A stretch of DNA of 63,596 nt, filler included, from Octopus bimaculoides (taxonomy: Eukaryota), in assembly GCF_001194135.2 (NCBI RefSeq). It is 8 parts of 8 records of this genome, joined end to end, with 100 filler letters (N's around TTAATTAATTAA, not from the genome) between each part and the next. Parts side by side here need not be neighbours in the genome. Positions count along the whole stretch, not along the records: positions 10,242 to 16,496 come from NC_068984.1; positions 16,597 to 26,518 come from NC_068987.1; 6 more parts are not named here. One strand, written 5' to 3'. Below the pieces are notes generated by a model, which was not told where the DNA came from, did not search any database, and worked only from the letters and a program-made list of their open reading frames with translations. Of the stretch, positions 13,075 to 26,439 are shown one piece after another (position 1 is the stretch's first letter; each line of letters starts with the position of its first letter). A program made the position numbers and the translations under genes.

Positions 13075-13197
13075 TAATGACGATGGTGATGATAATGATA
13101 ATGATAGTTTCACCTATGGTGAAATTTACCATGGTGGAATATACCGTGGTAGAATTTTCCGTGGTGGAATTTACCGCGTTGGAATTTATCGGTTACC
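12337..13197. mobile_element. Foldback-type non-autonomous DNA element with modular 15-bp TIRs and an 8-bp TSD, nested in the hAT transposase
   Basis: TSD CTTGAAAG at 12329-12336 and 13198-13205, with GG...CC termini. The left end has GGTAAATTCCACC-type units and the right end has about five reverse-complement units (GGTGGAATTTACC) at a 15-bp period. Confidence 0.85.
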
Positions 13198-13529
13198 CTT
13201 GAAAGATTATGATATTGCTAAAATAATAGCGGAGGGTGTAATTGGGATCTGACAGGCAATGAACCCACGGCTGCCTCTGTATAAGGAATATCACGTAATG
13301 AAATTGGGGGATAAAGCGTGCTTCAAGAAAGCAAAAGAGATAAAGAGCAAATCTCCTTTCACAGCCAAGGAGCAGAATATGGAGGAAAAGTTGGATAAAA
13401 TTTTTGACATTTCTGCTTGCACCTGTAAGCTATCTATCTGTTCGTCCTTGTGATGACAATGCTGTGAAGTGCAAGAAAGAAAATCGACAAGCTCTGCACA
13501 TGATCTGCACGTGTTCTCCCAGTAAGAGG

Positions 13530-13743
13530 GTAAAGCTATTTTTTAAAAACTTTTAACTAAGCTTACTTAGCTCGATTACTTGCCTTTTAAAATGTAGAAA
13601 ATCTCATGGATGTAATTGAAAAATATATGCATTTTTCTCCTGTAATCTACCTTTCCCCTCTAGTATAAAAAATTAATCATTCCTTTTTTCATTATTTTAT
13701 CTCTTATTTTAAATCCGCTGTTCAATATACTTTAATATTTCAG
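13530..13743 (+). other. Spliceosomal intron (214 nt, phase 0) within the transposase
   Basis: AAGAGG|gtaaag ... tttaatatttcag|GTTCCA. The intron is AT-rich, and splicing joins CTCSPSKR to VPVEERE. Confidence 0.75.
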
Positions 13744-14880
13744 GTTCCAGTAGAAGAGAGGGAATACTTAAGATCAGAGGGCCAAAATAGGACCCAAGGG
13801 CTCTTTCCAGCTCGGGTCTGTGGATAAAGCTGCTGTGAAGAGAAACCAGAGAGGTGTAGCTAAGGCAGAAAGATTACAGAGACATATTCAACAACAGTAG
13901 GAAGTGGATTTGGCCACACTTGCCTCCACATCTTCACAAGACATTTCTTTGGGATCCAGCTCGGGAGATGACGAGTTCAAGCTAAGAAGGCACCCAAGAG
14001 GAGCTTACGGCTTTTTGAAAATCCCCAGATATGCCATGGAATTGATCAGGAGTGATGTTTCTTTCCGTCTTGGGGAAAGTCTTGCTAATGCTCTCCTTCT
14101 TGTCTTACAATTTATAGATCTGCTTAAGCCTGGCCTAAATGTGAAACAGATAATAGTTGATAAAACGAAATTAGACGGCGAAAAAGACAGAATGAAAGTG
14201 AAAAGCAATGAAAAGCACAAAATGAGGCTGGAAAAGTTAGTCTGTATTGGAGTTGATGGGAAAGTTGACAAGGAAATTTTGGTGTACCGAGAAGTTAAGG
14301 ATGAAAATGAAGAGATGAAGCTGAAGAAAGGAAAGGAACAAGAGCACCACTTGACTTTCACAAAGGAGCTGGGAACTGAAAGTGGAACATATCATACTCA
14401 CAGAGTTATCCCGATTAAAGATGCGACTGGTGGTCTATGTATTTGGTGATGAAGTTGTTAGTGTCTTGGAAGAGTTGAACAGTGTTCTTACCTTGAAAGC
14501 TGTCCTTCTTAACAACACAAACACAAACACTGGTTGGGAGGAAGGCCTTATAACATGTTTATAAAATAAAATTCAAGGGAAATTGCACGCTATTGGCTGT
14601 TCACTCCATCAGCTCCTTTTAGAGCTGTTTTTAAACATCTTGATGGCAGTATCAAATCCACTACTTTCAGTGGTCCGCTGGGAAAACTCTGTGAAATTGA
14701 TTACCAAGATCAGTCACAAGTGGAAGTGTCACGGAATGATCTCGGTAGTGATCAGAGGCATTTTTTACAGTATGTGTCAGGAATTTCCAGAGGTAATGTC
14801 AACCCAAGCTTTGCTGCCTGGAAAATCAGACCATTAAACCATGCGAAATGGTTGATTTTGGCAATTAGATTGATGTGTTT

Positions 14881-15108
14881 GTCGAGCTGGCAGAAACGTT
14901 AGCACGCCGGGCGAAATGCTCAGCAGTATTTCGTCTGCCGTTACGTTCTGAGTTAAAATTCCGCTGAGGTCGACTTTGCCTTTCATCCTTTCGGGGTCGA
15001 TAAATTAAGTACCAGTTACGCACTGGTGTCGATGTAATCGACTTAATCCCTTTGTCTGTCCTTGTTTGTCCCCTCTATGTTTATCCCCTTGTGGGCAATA
15101 AAGAAATA
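14881..15108 (+). mobile_element. Nin-domain SINE with a 14-bp TSD
   Basis: It has a tRNA-like head (GAGCTGGCAGAA..GTTAGC; GAGTTAAAATTCC) and the central GCCTTTCATCCTTTCGGGGTCGATAAATTAAGTACCAG. TSD AGATTGATGTGTTT lies at 14867-14880 and 15109-15122. Confidence 0.85.
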
Positions 15109-15408
15109 AGATTGATGTGTTTATCAACCATCAGTTGTCGGCTGTCTATCTACTCTTCATTTCGAGTATTCAACGACAATACGAGTCTTCAAATACAATT
15201 GCCCCCATTAATTCTAAAATGAAATTTAGGATTTATGGAGGGTCAAAGCTGGAAACAAAAATATGACAATGGAGACATACAAGGAAACCGAACAAAAACA
15301 AACATGGAGGGTCGTTAGATCAGAACGAAAGGAAAATAGCGAACGCTGTAAAAAAATTTCTTTTTTTTTTGTTATTGAAGAGAGAAAAGATACAAGAGGG
15401 AGAGAGAA

Positions 15409-15465
<57 letters not shown>

Positions 15466-15599
15466 CGCGTTCGTTCTTTTGAACTTCTGAGCAGGAAAAG
15501 AAAGATGGTCACGTAAGGAAAAGAAAGATGGACGATGGTCACGTGTGAGCAACGAGAGAAAGAAAGAGAGAAAGGAGAAAGAGGGGAGAGAGAGACATA

Positions 15600-15630
<31 letters not shown>

Positions 15631-15638
15631 TAGAGACA

Positions 15639-15678
<40 letters not shown>

Positions 15679-15688
15679 NNNNNNNNNN

Positions 15689-15749
<61 letters not shown>

Positions 15750-16597
15750 ACCTCGGACAGGACTCAAGTACCTCACAGGATAATTTCCCGTAAATTCTGA
15801 CCATCTATTCTCTACGTCAAGATAAACTTAGGGTAATGTAGAATAAAGTGCCCTACTTTCATTGCAATGGATTAGACCGGCAAACCAATGACATTGTAAT
15901 CCTGTACCTTAGCCACACGGCTGTTATTTAACCACTGTAATATCAGTTTGTTACAGCATGTATAAATTTACAGAGATTGAAAGAAGTGGAAATCTAAAGA
16001 CGTTCGGTAGGACATTAACCCTAGACTGAAATAGATGCAGACCACGAGTACAGCTAAGCAACGAAATGTCTGAATAAATTCCACATGTTCACCAAAAAGA
16101 TACTTCGATATATACATGTACCCGAGTCTGCATTCACGCGCGAATACACACACAGATATAAATATATCTATATGTATGCGCGTGTATATATATATACACA
16201 TATATACACACACATTTGCATACACGCATATTTATATATATGTATATGTACATATATAATAAATAATATTTATATATATGTATATATGCATATATAATAT
16301 ATATACATATATAATATATGTATATATACATATATATATATATGTATATATAATATATACATATATAATATATGTATATATACATATATATATGTATATA
16401 TAATATATAATATATAATATATATATATACATATATAATATGATATATATACATATATAATATAATATGTATATATACATATATAATATGTATATANNNN
16501 NNNNNNNNNNNNNNNNNNNNNNNNNNNNNNNNNNNNNNNNTTAATTAATTAANNNNNNNNNNNNNNNNNNNNNNNNNNNNNNNNNNNNNNNNNNNNA

Positions 16598-17000
16598 GAC
16601 TGGAGCCTGGTGTTGCCATCCGGTTTCACCAGTCCTCAGTCAAATCTTCCAACCCATGCTAGCATGGAAAGCGGACGTTAAACGATGATGATGATGATGA
16701 TGATATATATATATATATATATATATTGTTATCATGGCTGATGCCAGTACCGCTTGACTAGCACTCTTGCTGGTGGCACATAAAATGTACCATTTGAGTG
16801 TGGTCGATGCCAGTGCTGCCTGAATGGCTTCTGTGCCAGTGGCATGTAAAAATCACCCACTACACTCTCAGAGTGGTTGGCATTAGGAAGGGTATCCAGC
16901 TGTAGAAACCTTGCCACATCAGATTCGAGCCTGATGCAGCCTCTTAGCTTGCCAGTCCTCAGTTAAACCGTCCAACCCATGCCAGCGTGGAAAGTGGACG
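16598..17000 (+). mobile_element. Two tandem RTE 3'-end fragments
   Basis: Both pieces (16598-16700 and ~16730-17000) carry the RTE tail CAACCCATGC(T/C)AGC(A/G)TGGAAAG(C/T)GGACGTTA. Confidence 0.8.
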
Positions 17001-17180
17001 TTATTCCTCCCTGGTCAGGACACTGGTCCATTGCAGGATTACTCATTTTTTGCCAGCTGAGTGGAGTGGAGCAACATGACATGAAGTGTTTTGCTCAAGA
17101 ACACACTGCATCACCCAGTCCAAGAATCAAAACCATAATCTCATGTTCATTGGTGTAACACCCTAACCACTAAGCCATAT
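17000..17180 (-). mobile_element. CORE-type tRNA SINE fragment
   Basis: CAGCTGAGTGGAGTGGAGCAACATG...GTGTTTTGCTCAAGAACAC...CTAACCACTAAGCCAT is the reverse complement of a tRNA head plus CORE-like domain. Confidence 0.55.
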
Positions 17181-18022
17181 CCCTCCACCTATGAAATGTA
17201 AGAGAGGAAATTTAGAAATCAATGATTAACTCACAAAGGGTTGCAAATTAGACAGCAGCTAGATGTCATTTAATGATATACATATTTGCAGGTGCATGTG
17301 AGTTGTGTTGTGGGTGTGTGTGTGTGTATCTAATATAATAAATGTGAAAACTAATTTCTGTGTGTCAGTGTGTCACACTTTGATCCCCTCTCACACTATT
17401 CAATGACACTTCTACTGTTGATGATGTTTTATTAAAAGTAATGGTGTTGATGGTGGCAGTGGGGATAATAAAAAGAGAGAGAAAAAGTGGGTGTGAGAGA
17501 AAGAGGGACTGAACACTGAATTCATCTTCTTAATACCACCACCATTGCCTCCACATCTGCCATACACACACCATTCAGACTTCTGATGCCACCACCACCA
17601 ATGCTTTTGACTTCGCCACCTTCCCCTCCACCACCATCACCACTGTCTTTCACATCGCTTACTCTCACTGTCATCACTGCCTCGGCTACCACCACCACCA
17701 CCACCACCACCATCACTGCCGCCTCCGCCTCTATCACAACTACAGCTCATACTATTACTATCACCCCATTACATCACAAAAAAGTTGAATGGTCTGTGTA
17801 TGGCAGGTGTGGTGGTGGTGGTACTGTTGTTTATCATACAGCTTTGCAATAAGTTCCAAGTTGGCAAAATATATCCTTGTTTTGATGAAAATTGTTCATT
17901 GCTTGAAAAATATTGGTCAAGTTTAATAAAATTTAATATGTAGTCAATGCATACAGTGTAACTGTTGGGCCCAAGGCCTAATTAAGAGCCCTCCACAGGA
18001 GCTAGCTTTTAAGCTAGTATGT

Positions 18023-18283
18023 CATCATCATCATCATCATCGTTTAACGTCCGCTTTCCATGCTAGCATGGGTTGGACGATTTGACTGAGGACTGGTGAA
18101 ACCGGATGGCAACACCAGGCTCCAATCTAATTTGGCAGAGTTTCTACAGCTGGATGCCCTTCCTAACGCCAACCACTCAGAGAGTGTAGTGGGTGCTTTT
18201 ACGTGTCACCCGCACGAAAACGGCTACGCTCGAAATGGTGTCTTTTATGTGGCACCCGCACAAGAGCCAGTCCAGGGGCACTG
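18023..18283 (-). mobile_element. RTE 3' end (young subfamily), cut by a gap
   Basis: (CAT)n tail followed by CGTTTAACGTCCGCTTTCCATGCTAGC. Near-identical to 27574-27808 and to the reverse complement of 62270-62500. Confidence 0.85.
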
Positions 18284-20072
18284 NNNNNNNNNNNNNNNNN
18301 NNNNNNNNNNNNNNNNNNNNNNNNNNNNNNNNNNNNNNNNNNNNNNNNNNNNNNNNNNNNNNNNNNNNNNNNNNNNNNNNNNNNNNNNNNNNNNNNNNNN
18401 NNNNNNNNNNNNNNNNNNNNNNNNNNNNNNNNNNNNNNNNNNNNNNNNNNNNNNNNNNNNNNNNNNNNNNNNNNNNNNNNNNNNNNNNNNNNNNNNNNNN
18501 NNNNNNNNNNNNNNNNNNNNNNNNNNNNNNNNNNNNNNNNNNNNNNNNNNNNNNNNNNNNNNNNNNNNNNNNNNNNNNNNNNNNNNNNNNNNNNNNNNNN
18601 NNNNNNNNNNNNNNNNNNNNNNNNNNNNNNNNNNNNNNNNNNNNNNNNNNNNNNNNNNNNNNNNNNNNNNNNNNNNNNNNNNNNNNNNNNNNNNNNNNNN
18701 NNNNNNNNNNNNNNNNNNNNNNNNNNNNNNNNNNNNNNNNNNNNNNNNNNNNNNNNNNNNNNNNNNNNNNNNNNNNNNNNNNNNNNNNNNNNNNNNNNNN
18801 NNNNNNNNNNNNNNNNNNNNNNNNNNNNNNNNNNNNNNNNNNNNNNNNNNNNNNNNNNNNNNNNNNNNNNNNNNNNNNNNNNNNNNNNNNNNNNNNNNNN
18901 NNNNNNNNNNNNNNNNNNNNNNNNNNNNNNNNNNNNNNNNNNNNNNNNNNNNNNNNNNNNNNNNNNNNNNNNNNNNNNNNNNNNNNNNNNNNNNNNNNNN
19001 NNNNNNNNNNNNNNNNNNNNNNNNNNNNNNNNNNNNNNNNNNNNNNNNNNNNNNNNNNNTATATATAATAGATATTATATTTGATGTCATAAAAGGTACA
19101 TGAGCATATTAGACACACACCTATTTCTCTAGTTCATATTTAGTGTCAGGAACAAAATTAGCTTATGGGAGGATCAATTTTGATTTATTGAAAAATTAGC
19201 ATATTTAAAAAAAAAAAAAAACACTGAGTTTAATTACTCAGGGATGTCATCCTCATGAAAAAGAAATATTAGAATTAACATATTTGATATAGTGTTAATC
19301 CAAAACTTAATCAGAAGTAATTATGCAGCAATGAAATGACAGTATTAGCTCAATTATGAACATTATTATAATTAATTATTTAGTCAAGTATGGGAGACAA
19401 CTCTAGTAATTGATTTGGTGAGATTAGTTGATGATCAGCAGTGATTGTTTGAGTATTAGCTGTGATAGGATGAAAACTGACCATGTGTGGTCAAGAAGTG
19501 TGATTGAGTGAAGGTTACATGTGAATCCCTTTATAACAAACTCATTGTTAGACCAACAGGTTGGGTTGAATAATTGTTATGAGTGGTTGAACACTTGATG
19601 TTATCTTTTAAAAGATAACTAAAATTGGTTAAAAGGAGTTATATAATTAAAAAATTTTTTAAACCACTGATTTCAGTTGGTTGCTTGGTTGGGTGATTGA
19701 TGTTACATTTTGACAGTTAGCTGTGATCAGCTGGGTAAGGTTATGATGAATTTGCTGCCATATGTAGTTAGACTCAGGCAGCCTAATTGGCAGAGTTGTT
19801 AGGGTGTTGGATAGATAGCTTCACAGTACCATGGCTTTCACAAATATACCTTTTAACCTTTCTCTCTCACTCCTCTTTCTGAAAGAAATCAACTGTATTC
19901 AGTCCTGAACAGAGATAGATTTCTCTGGAATGAAACAACTGGGTGTGGCTGTTTGGATGCTGGGGATTTGGCATAGCTGACTGGATATTGAACTTATTTG
20001 GCAACAGTACTTTTTGGCACTGGAGGCAAACATACACCTACACATGCATGTTACACACATACAGATAGATAG

Positions 20073-20113
<41 letters not shown>

Positions 20114-22129
20114 AAGGGGTGGAAAGAGGGAGGAGAGAGAGATATTACAATTTATTAATTGAACATGATTAATATAAACATTTTTCCTCTCCTCAAACAC
20201 ATAAAAGAGAAATAAGCTCACACACATAAAGAAAGGGAGATAGACAGACAGACAGATAGAATAAGAGAGAGGGGGAGAGAGAGAGGAGGTGAGAGAACAG
20301 GAAATGTATGAAACTGTCTGGTGTCAAATAAGTCAGTATAGAATCAACAATGCCAAATAGATGAGGCCAAAACATTTCCTACCCAGACTCTGCTAGGTCT
20401 AAAAAATGTCCAAAAACATATTGTTGTCACGATGGCACCTCTGTGACTCCATCAAGAGTGTGTAGGGGTAGGGGTGAGCCATGGCAAAGTAAGGCAAGGC
20501 AAAAAAATTTGGCTAGACATAACTGAATAATTCAGGGGTTAACAACTATCAACTAATTAGTCTACTAATGACCTTTAGCAGGAATCATAGAAGTTTAATG
20601 GTAGCACAGAAATAAGTTCCATTAAAAAGTCTGTAACTTGCTCCCTCCACCCCCACCCCACAGTTCCTTCAGCAAATGCAGCTAACTGCTCTGTAGAAAT
20701 ATGAGAGAGAGTAGCTTCATGAAAGTTAAATTAGTACAACTTATAAACAAACATGAGGGAAAAGTCTTCATTTGATTTTCAATAATGTAGTTGTATAGTT
20801 GCAGAGTAACAAATGTACTGGATAACTTGGTAGAGTGGGAAAGAGAGAGAGAGAGAGAGAATGAGGGAGAAGGAGAGAGAGAAGAAATATCGGAATAAAG
20901 GACTTGGAAAGTAGATAAGTTGGTGAATATATGAATATATAAAAAGAAAACAAAACAAGAAATACATCAAAGGATGTTATTATTGTTGTTGAGTTGTTTT
21001 TTAGTAAGCTGAACTTAATGAGAGAGAGAGAGAGAGAGAGAAAGACATAGAGACAGACAGACAGACAGAGGGGAGAGAGAGAAATGACATTGGTTTTTTT
21101 CCACTGTTGTTCATGGATGCTAAGGCAGACAATAAACAGACATAACTGATAGAGTGCTTTTCATTCACTCATCAACCATCATCACAGTCATTGCCAACAT
21201 CTACATCTCTATCATTGCTAACACTGCTTGCACACAGTTTTCACCATCACCACCATCATTGCAATCAATAACACCACTGCTAATGCTGTCCTCATCATCA
21301 CTACCATCATCTCTATCAGTACCACCACTACCAACACACTGTTATCATCACCACCGTCATCTCTCTCAATACAACTACTACCAACAAAGTTTTTGTCAAC
21401 ATCACCATCTTCCCTGCGAATACCACCACTACTAACACAGTCATCATCATCTCTACCATCATATCTATTATTACCACCACTGCCAACTCTTGCCATCACC
21501 ATCTTCATCCATCTCATTTTCTTGTTATTAGTTTCTGTAGATGTCCTAGCCACCTGCACACTATAACCTATAGTTGTTTAATTCCTACAACCTACAGTCT
21601 CCTGTTTACTTCAGTGATTGCCAGTGAACCTCTCCTTGTCTTTTATTGATGTCTGTGTTACAAACATTGCAGGATTGTATGCCACCCATTTTAACAATCA
21701 GCTGGGTTTGAGATCTCAAAGGAATCTCTATGTGGTCACTTGATCTTCTAGAAATAGCAGTCAAATCAAACTACAAGCAGTCCTTGATACATTCTATTTG
21801 AAAAAGAATAAAATAAAAAGCAAAAGATAGTTGAGATAATTACTGTTGGGTCATCCTTACTTATAAATCTGCTGGATCAGGGTTGTCTTAGAATAATGGA
21901 GATTAATGTTACTTCAAATTTTCATTGATTCAGCAAAACTTTAATATATCATTTCATTTCTGAATTTGTTTTGCAACATCTGTATCTTGAAACCAATGTT
22001 GTAATACTTTAAGGTGGAGGGGTGGGATCATATTGCCAGTAAATACTCATGCTGGTTGTAGTTCACTTACTTTTATTGGTAACTAATTTGTTATCGTTTT
22101 TTTTTTCTTGCACACACTGTTGTTTCTTC

Positions 22130-22543
22130 AACTCTTTTAACTCTTTTACTTGTTTCAGTCATTTGACTGTGGCCATGCTGGAGCACCGCCTTTTAGTCGA
22201 GCAAATCGACCCCAGGACTTATTCTTTGGAAGCCTAGTACTTATTCTATTGGTCTCTTTTTGCCGAACCGCTAAGTTACGGGGATGTAAACACACCAGCA
22301 TCGGTTGTCAAGCAATGATGGGGGGACAAACACAGACACACAAACACACATACATATATATATATATATACACATATACGACAGGCTTCTTTCAGTTTCC
22401 GTCTACTAAATCCACTCACAAGGCTTTGGTCGGCCCGAGGCTATAGTAGAAGACACTTGCCCAAGGTGCCATGCAGTGGGACTGAACCCAGAACCATGTG
22501 GTTGGTAGGCAAGCTACTTACCACACAGCCACTCCTGCACCTG
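22130..22543 (-). mobile_element. Full-length MetaSINE-type SINE
   Basis: tRNA-derived head, CCTTGGGCAAGTGTCTTCTACTATAGCC...GCCTTGTGAGTGGATTT domain, and (TAAAAGAG)n-like tail on the minus strand. Confidence 0.75.
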
Positions 22544-22859
22544 TTGATAATTTATTTGCAAAAGGCAGGGTGATAATGGCAAGACAGGAACATTTTTCAT
22601 CATAGGTCTGCACCTTCATAAGAAATTTGCGTTTAAAGTCTGTAGCACACCTTGATGCCTCTTCTAGTGCATCAGTGCGTCATTTGAGAAGCGCTAAAAG
22701 AGGAAGAATGCATTTGATGATGTAATCCCAGATACACTATGTCCGATGAAAAGCATGTTACATTGTTATGACTAGAACCTCTTTGATAATAGGTCTGCTA
22801 GTCCAGGGCTTATAAAAGAGGGATTGAATGGTAACAACAACAACAATAACAATATTAGC

Positions 22860-23335
22860 AACATCAATAACTTTTCTACTATGGGTACAAGGCCTGAAAT
22901 TTTGCAGGAGGGGGCTAGTTGATTACATCAACCCCAGTATTTAACTGATACTTATTTAACTGACCCTGAAAGGATGAAAGGCAAAGTTGACGTTGGCAGA
23001 ATTTGAACTCAGAATGTAAAGTCAAAGAAATGCTGCTAAGCATTTTGTCCAGCTTGCAAATGATTCTTCCAGCAAATGATTCTACCAGCTTGCTGCCTTC
23101 TTAGCAACATTAATCATGGTTCCAAATTTTAGCAGAAGGCCGGCAAGTTTTTGGGAAGTGAGTAAGCCAATTATGTTGACCCCAGTGCTCAGCAGGTATT
23201 TACTCTCTATCAATCTCGAAAGGATGAAAAAGCAAAGTTGACCTTGGCAGAATTTGAACACAAAAAGTAAAGATGGATGAAATGCTGCTAAGCATTTCGC
23301 CCAGTGTGCTAACGATTCTGCTAGCTCATTACCTT
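22860..23335 (-). mobile_element. Two tandem, CpG-decayed Nin-domain SINEs
   Basis: Two copies of GGATGAAAGGCAAAGTTGAC(C/G)TTGGCAGAATTTGAAC...GCTAAGCATTT. Confidence 0.7.
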
Positions 23336-25951
23336 CTTAGCATCATTAATAACAGTTAAAAACAGGAGCCAATGAGGTTAGTTTGTATGTAGTCACTCAG
23401 TCTGCTATATTAAGGCTGAGCAACAACAACAACAATTTCCTTTCATCCCGTCTGTGAACTACAGAGTTATAACATTCACAAAACAAATTAAATAATCCCC
23501 ACCTTGCCCTAACTCATCCTTGGTTTCATAGCTTATCATTCCTTCATTAGTAAACAATTTGGTTTTTGCCTATACATGAATCAACCATTCACATGACATG
23601 GCTTATACCATCCTTGGCAGCAACACTTCCTCATACACAACACATCCATACACACAGAAGTCAATGAGGGAGCGTTTATAAGGTCATTTGATCGGCAAGA
23701 AATAGCAGCCAAAACGTCCTCAAATCACACTCTACCTTCTTATCAATCATGTGTGTGTGTGTGTGTATACATATATCTAGAAAAGGAAGGACTCATCCTC
23801 TAATATGGATCTCAACACATGCTTGAACTAAAATGGGATGGTCATGACTGGAATGCCTTTGATTGTAGGTCTGCTCCACCAGGAATGACCTTCAATGACC
23901 AAAAACTACAACAGTATATACACACACACACACCTTCATACATACATGCACACACACACACACACACACACACATACATACATACATACATACATACATA
24001 CATACATACATACATACATGTATATATACATAGGTAATTACATATATAGATACATGCATTTATATATCAACCAAAACTCTTTGATGTCCAATTGTTTTTT
24101 CAACTAAACTAGCCTTTCTCTTGTGTCAGAAGTTTTGTTAAAAATCAAATGACCATCGGTCAATAAATAACCCATTAACTAAATGAACTTATTAACATTT
24201 TGTTGACCAATCAGTTAGATGTCGATGCTTTCACTAATATAGTATAGTATTGATTGATGGGAAGCTGGGCTATATTTGTACACAGATCAATAGAAGCCAA
24301 ACAAAGTAAAGTAATCTATAGGGAACTGTAGGTGGACCAATTACTCTTCTTCTTTTTTTAATTGGTGCCTTGTACTGCAATATATGTGGCACTGCATTGT
24401 CATACAACCTTCCTCTCCTTCCATTGCATCCCTTCATCATGTCTGGCTGGCAGTACTGGTTATACCCTGCATGAAAAATTTAGTGCAAAATAGTTGGATT
24501 CTTTTGACAGGCAATAGACATATTGTCGCCGTCATTGTCATCACAGTTGCCACCACCACTGTCATCATCACCACCACCACCGTCATCATCATCACCACCA
24601 CCACCACCACTACCACCACCACCACCACTACTGCCATTTATTGTCCACTTTTCTATGTTTGTGCGGGTTGGATGGAGTTTATTGAGACAGATTTTCTACA
24701 GCTGGATGCTCTTCCTGTCACCAACTCTCACCTGTTTCTGATATTTCCCAAGATACTGGAAATGGACAACACTGCTTGTATGACAGCAATAATCATTTCT
24801 AACTCTTACACAATGTGAAGATAAGGAAATGTGGACCATGATGATTTATCTCAAGATGTAATGTATGATGTAGAGATGACATAGCTAGTCCCTCATGCTG
24901 CAGTGTATGAGGTATGGAGATGAATCATCTATTACACGTACACACACGTATTTTGAATAAAATGACATATGGAAACATAAGTCAAAATGCATGTCAGTTT
25001 GTCTTTCAAATATGACGATGACCAAGCAACTACTAAATAAATAAATAAAAAAAAGAAGAAACTAGGAAAGAAATAAAGAAGAAAACAGAAGATGCCTAAA
25101 ACTATCATGTTCACCCACTGGGGATAATGAAGATAATGACCTCAACTGAACAATACCCCCAAAAGAGGACGTTCCCATGCTGGAAACGAGAGAATCATAA
25201 TTGTTCTCACCACCACGATAGCTTCCTTGTGCCTAAAGCTTCAGAATTGGTAGTATTTCATTGCTGCAAATGTGTGATACCACAATGGCAGCAATGAAAG
25301 ATCTGCCATCCATGATTCCAAGATCATCAGTCATCAGTAACCAATGAAAACCATGACTAACTAAGCACCTCAACAAAGGATGCAATCGCATAGTGATGGT
25401 GGTGGTGATGTTGGAAAATCACAAGTGCCTCCTTCTTCCACTAATCTACTTCTTGCATGTGCCTGAAAATATGGAAGAGGCAGTATTTCAATGATGCAGA
25501 GGCATAGAATTCCTCAGCTCAGTAACCAAACTATTCTACCCTTATTTAGCAAAACAAGGAGGGCTGTTGATTGTATGCTATGCAGTCTTACTTGCTAGAG
25601 CCATACAAGGTTTTTTTTTCTTCTTAAAGTGAGAAAGAGCTGTGTGCACCATTAGACTCACACTCTTGTTCTCACAGAATCAAGAGGCACATATTAAAAT
25701 CAACATACATGTTTAATACATTCACATGGTTATGAGTTCAGTCCTGCAGCATGGTACCTTGGACAAGCGTCTTCTATTATAGCCCCGATTGTGAAATATC
25801 ATATCTTTGTTGCTCTTTCAAATTAAACTTTTTCATTGTTGAAGTTTATAAAACTGAAGTCTAAAATTTCATAATTGATTATTGACATGTGCTGTTTCAT
25901 TATTTTTTAATCACATTTTCTTTTTTTCAGATAAAGTTAACATAAAGTTCA

Positions 25952-26335
25952 CAGGCACAGGAGTGACTGTGTGGTAAGTAGCTTGCTTACCAACCACATG
26001 GCTTTGGGTTCAGTCCCACTGTGTAGCACCTTTGGCAAGTGTCTTCTGCTATAGCCTCCGGCCAACCAAAGCCTTATGAGTGGATTTGGTAGATGTAAAC
26101 TGAAAAAAGCCCATCATATATATATGTGTGTGTGTGTGTGTTTGTACCCCCACCATCACTTAACGACCAATGTTGGTGTATTTACGTACCCGTAACCTAG
26201 CGGTTTGGCAAAAGAGACCAATAGAATAAGCACTAGGCTTACAAAGAATAAGTCTTGGGGTCGATTTGTTCAACTAAAGGTGGTGCTCCAGCATGGCTGC
26301 AGTCAAATGACTTAAACAAATATATGAATAAAAGA
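25952..26335 (+). mobile_element. Full-length MetaSINE-type SINE
   Basis: GTGTGGTAAGTAGCTTGCTTACCAACCACATGG...GGTGCTCCAGCATGGCTGCAGTCAAATGAC. Same family as 22130-22543. Confidence 0.75.
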
Positions 26336-26439
26336 ACATCAAAATGGCATCTATGGAATGAAAGCACAATATGTTTTGTGGTTTCATAGAACTAAATCGA
26401 CAATTACAGTTCAACAAAATTTTGAGGGTCTATTAATTC

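Larger units (their letters stand above)
11839..14880 (+). mobile_element. hAT-superfamily (hATm-like) transposon, decayed transposase with an intron, 3' end lost
   Basis: TAGGGT terminus at 11839. The reconstructed protein reads ...PPTLSQVILYSY...HPDLKDYDIAKII...LDKIFDISACTCK...CTCSPSKR|VPVEEREYL..QR...LVCIGVDGKVD...LKAVLLNNTNTNTGW...IGCSLHQ...FSGPLGKL...KIRPLNHAKW. CxxH and DG/NTG motifs fit hAT-family transposases. Stops and frameshifts are present. Confidence 0.7.

Noticed and set aside
22460-22543. tRNA genes
   Set aside because: The tRNA-like boxes are SINE heads fused to SINE central domains, with no complete cloverleaf.
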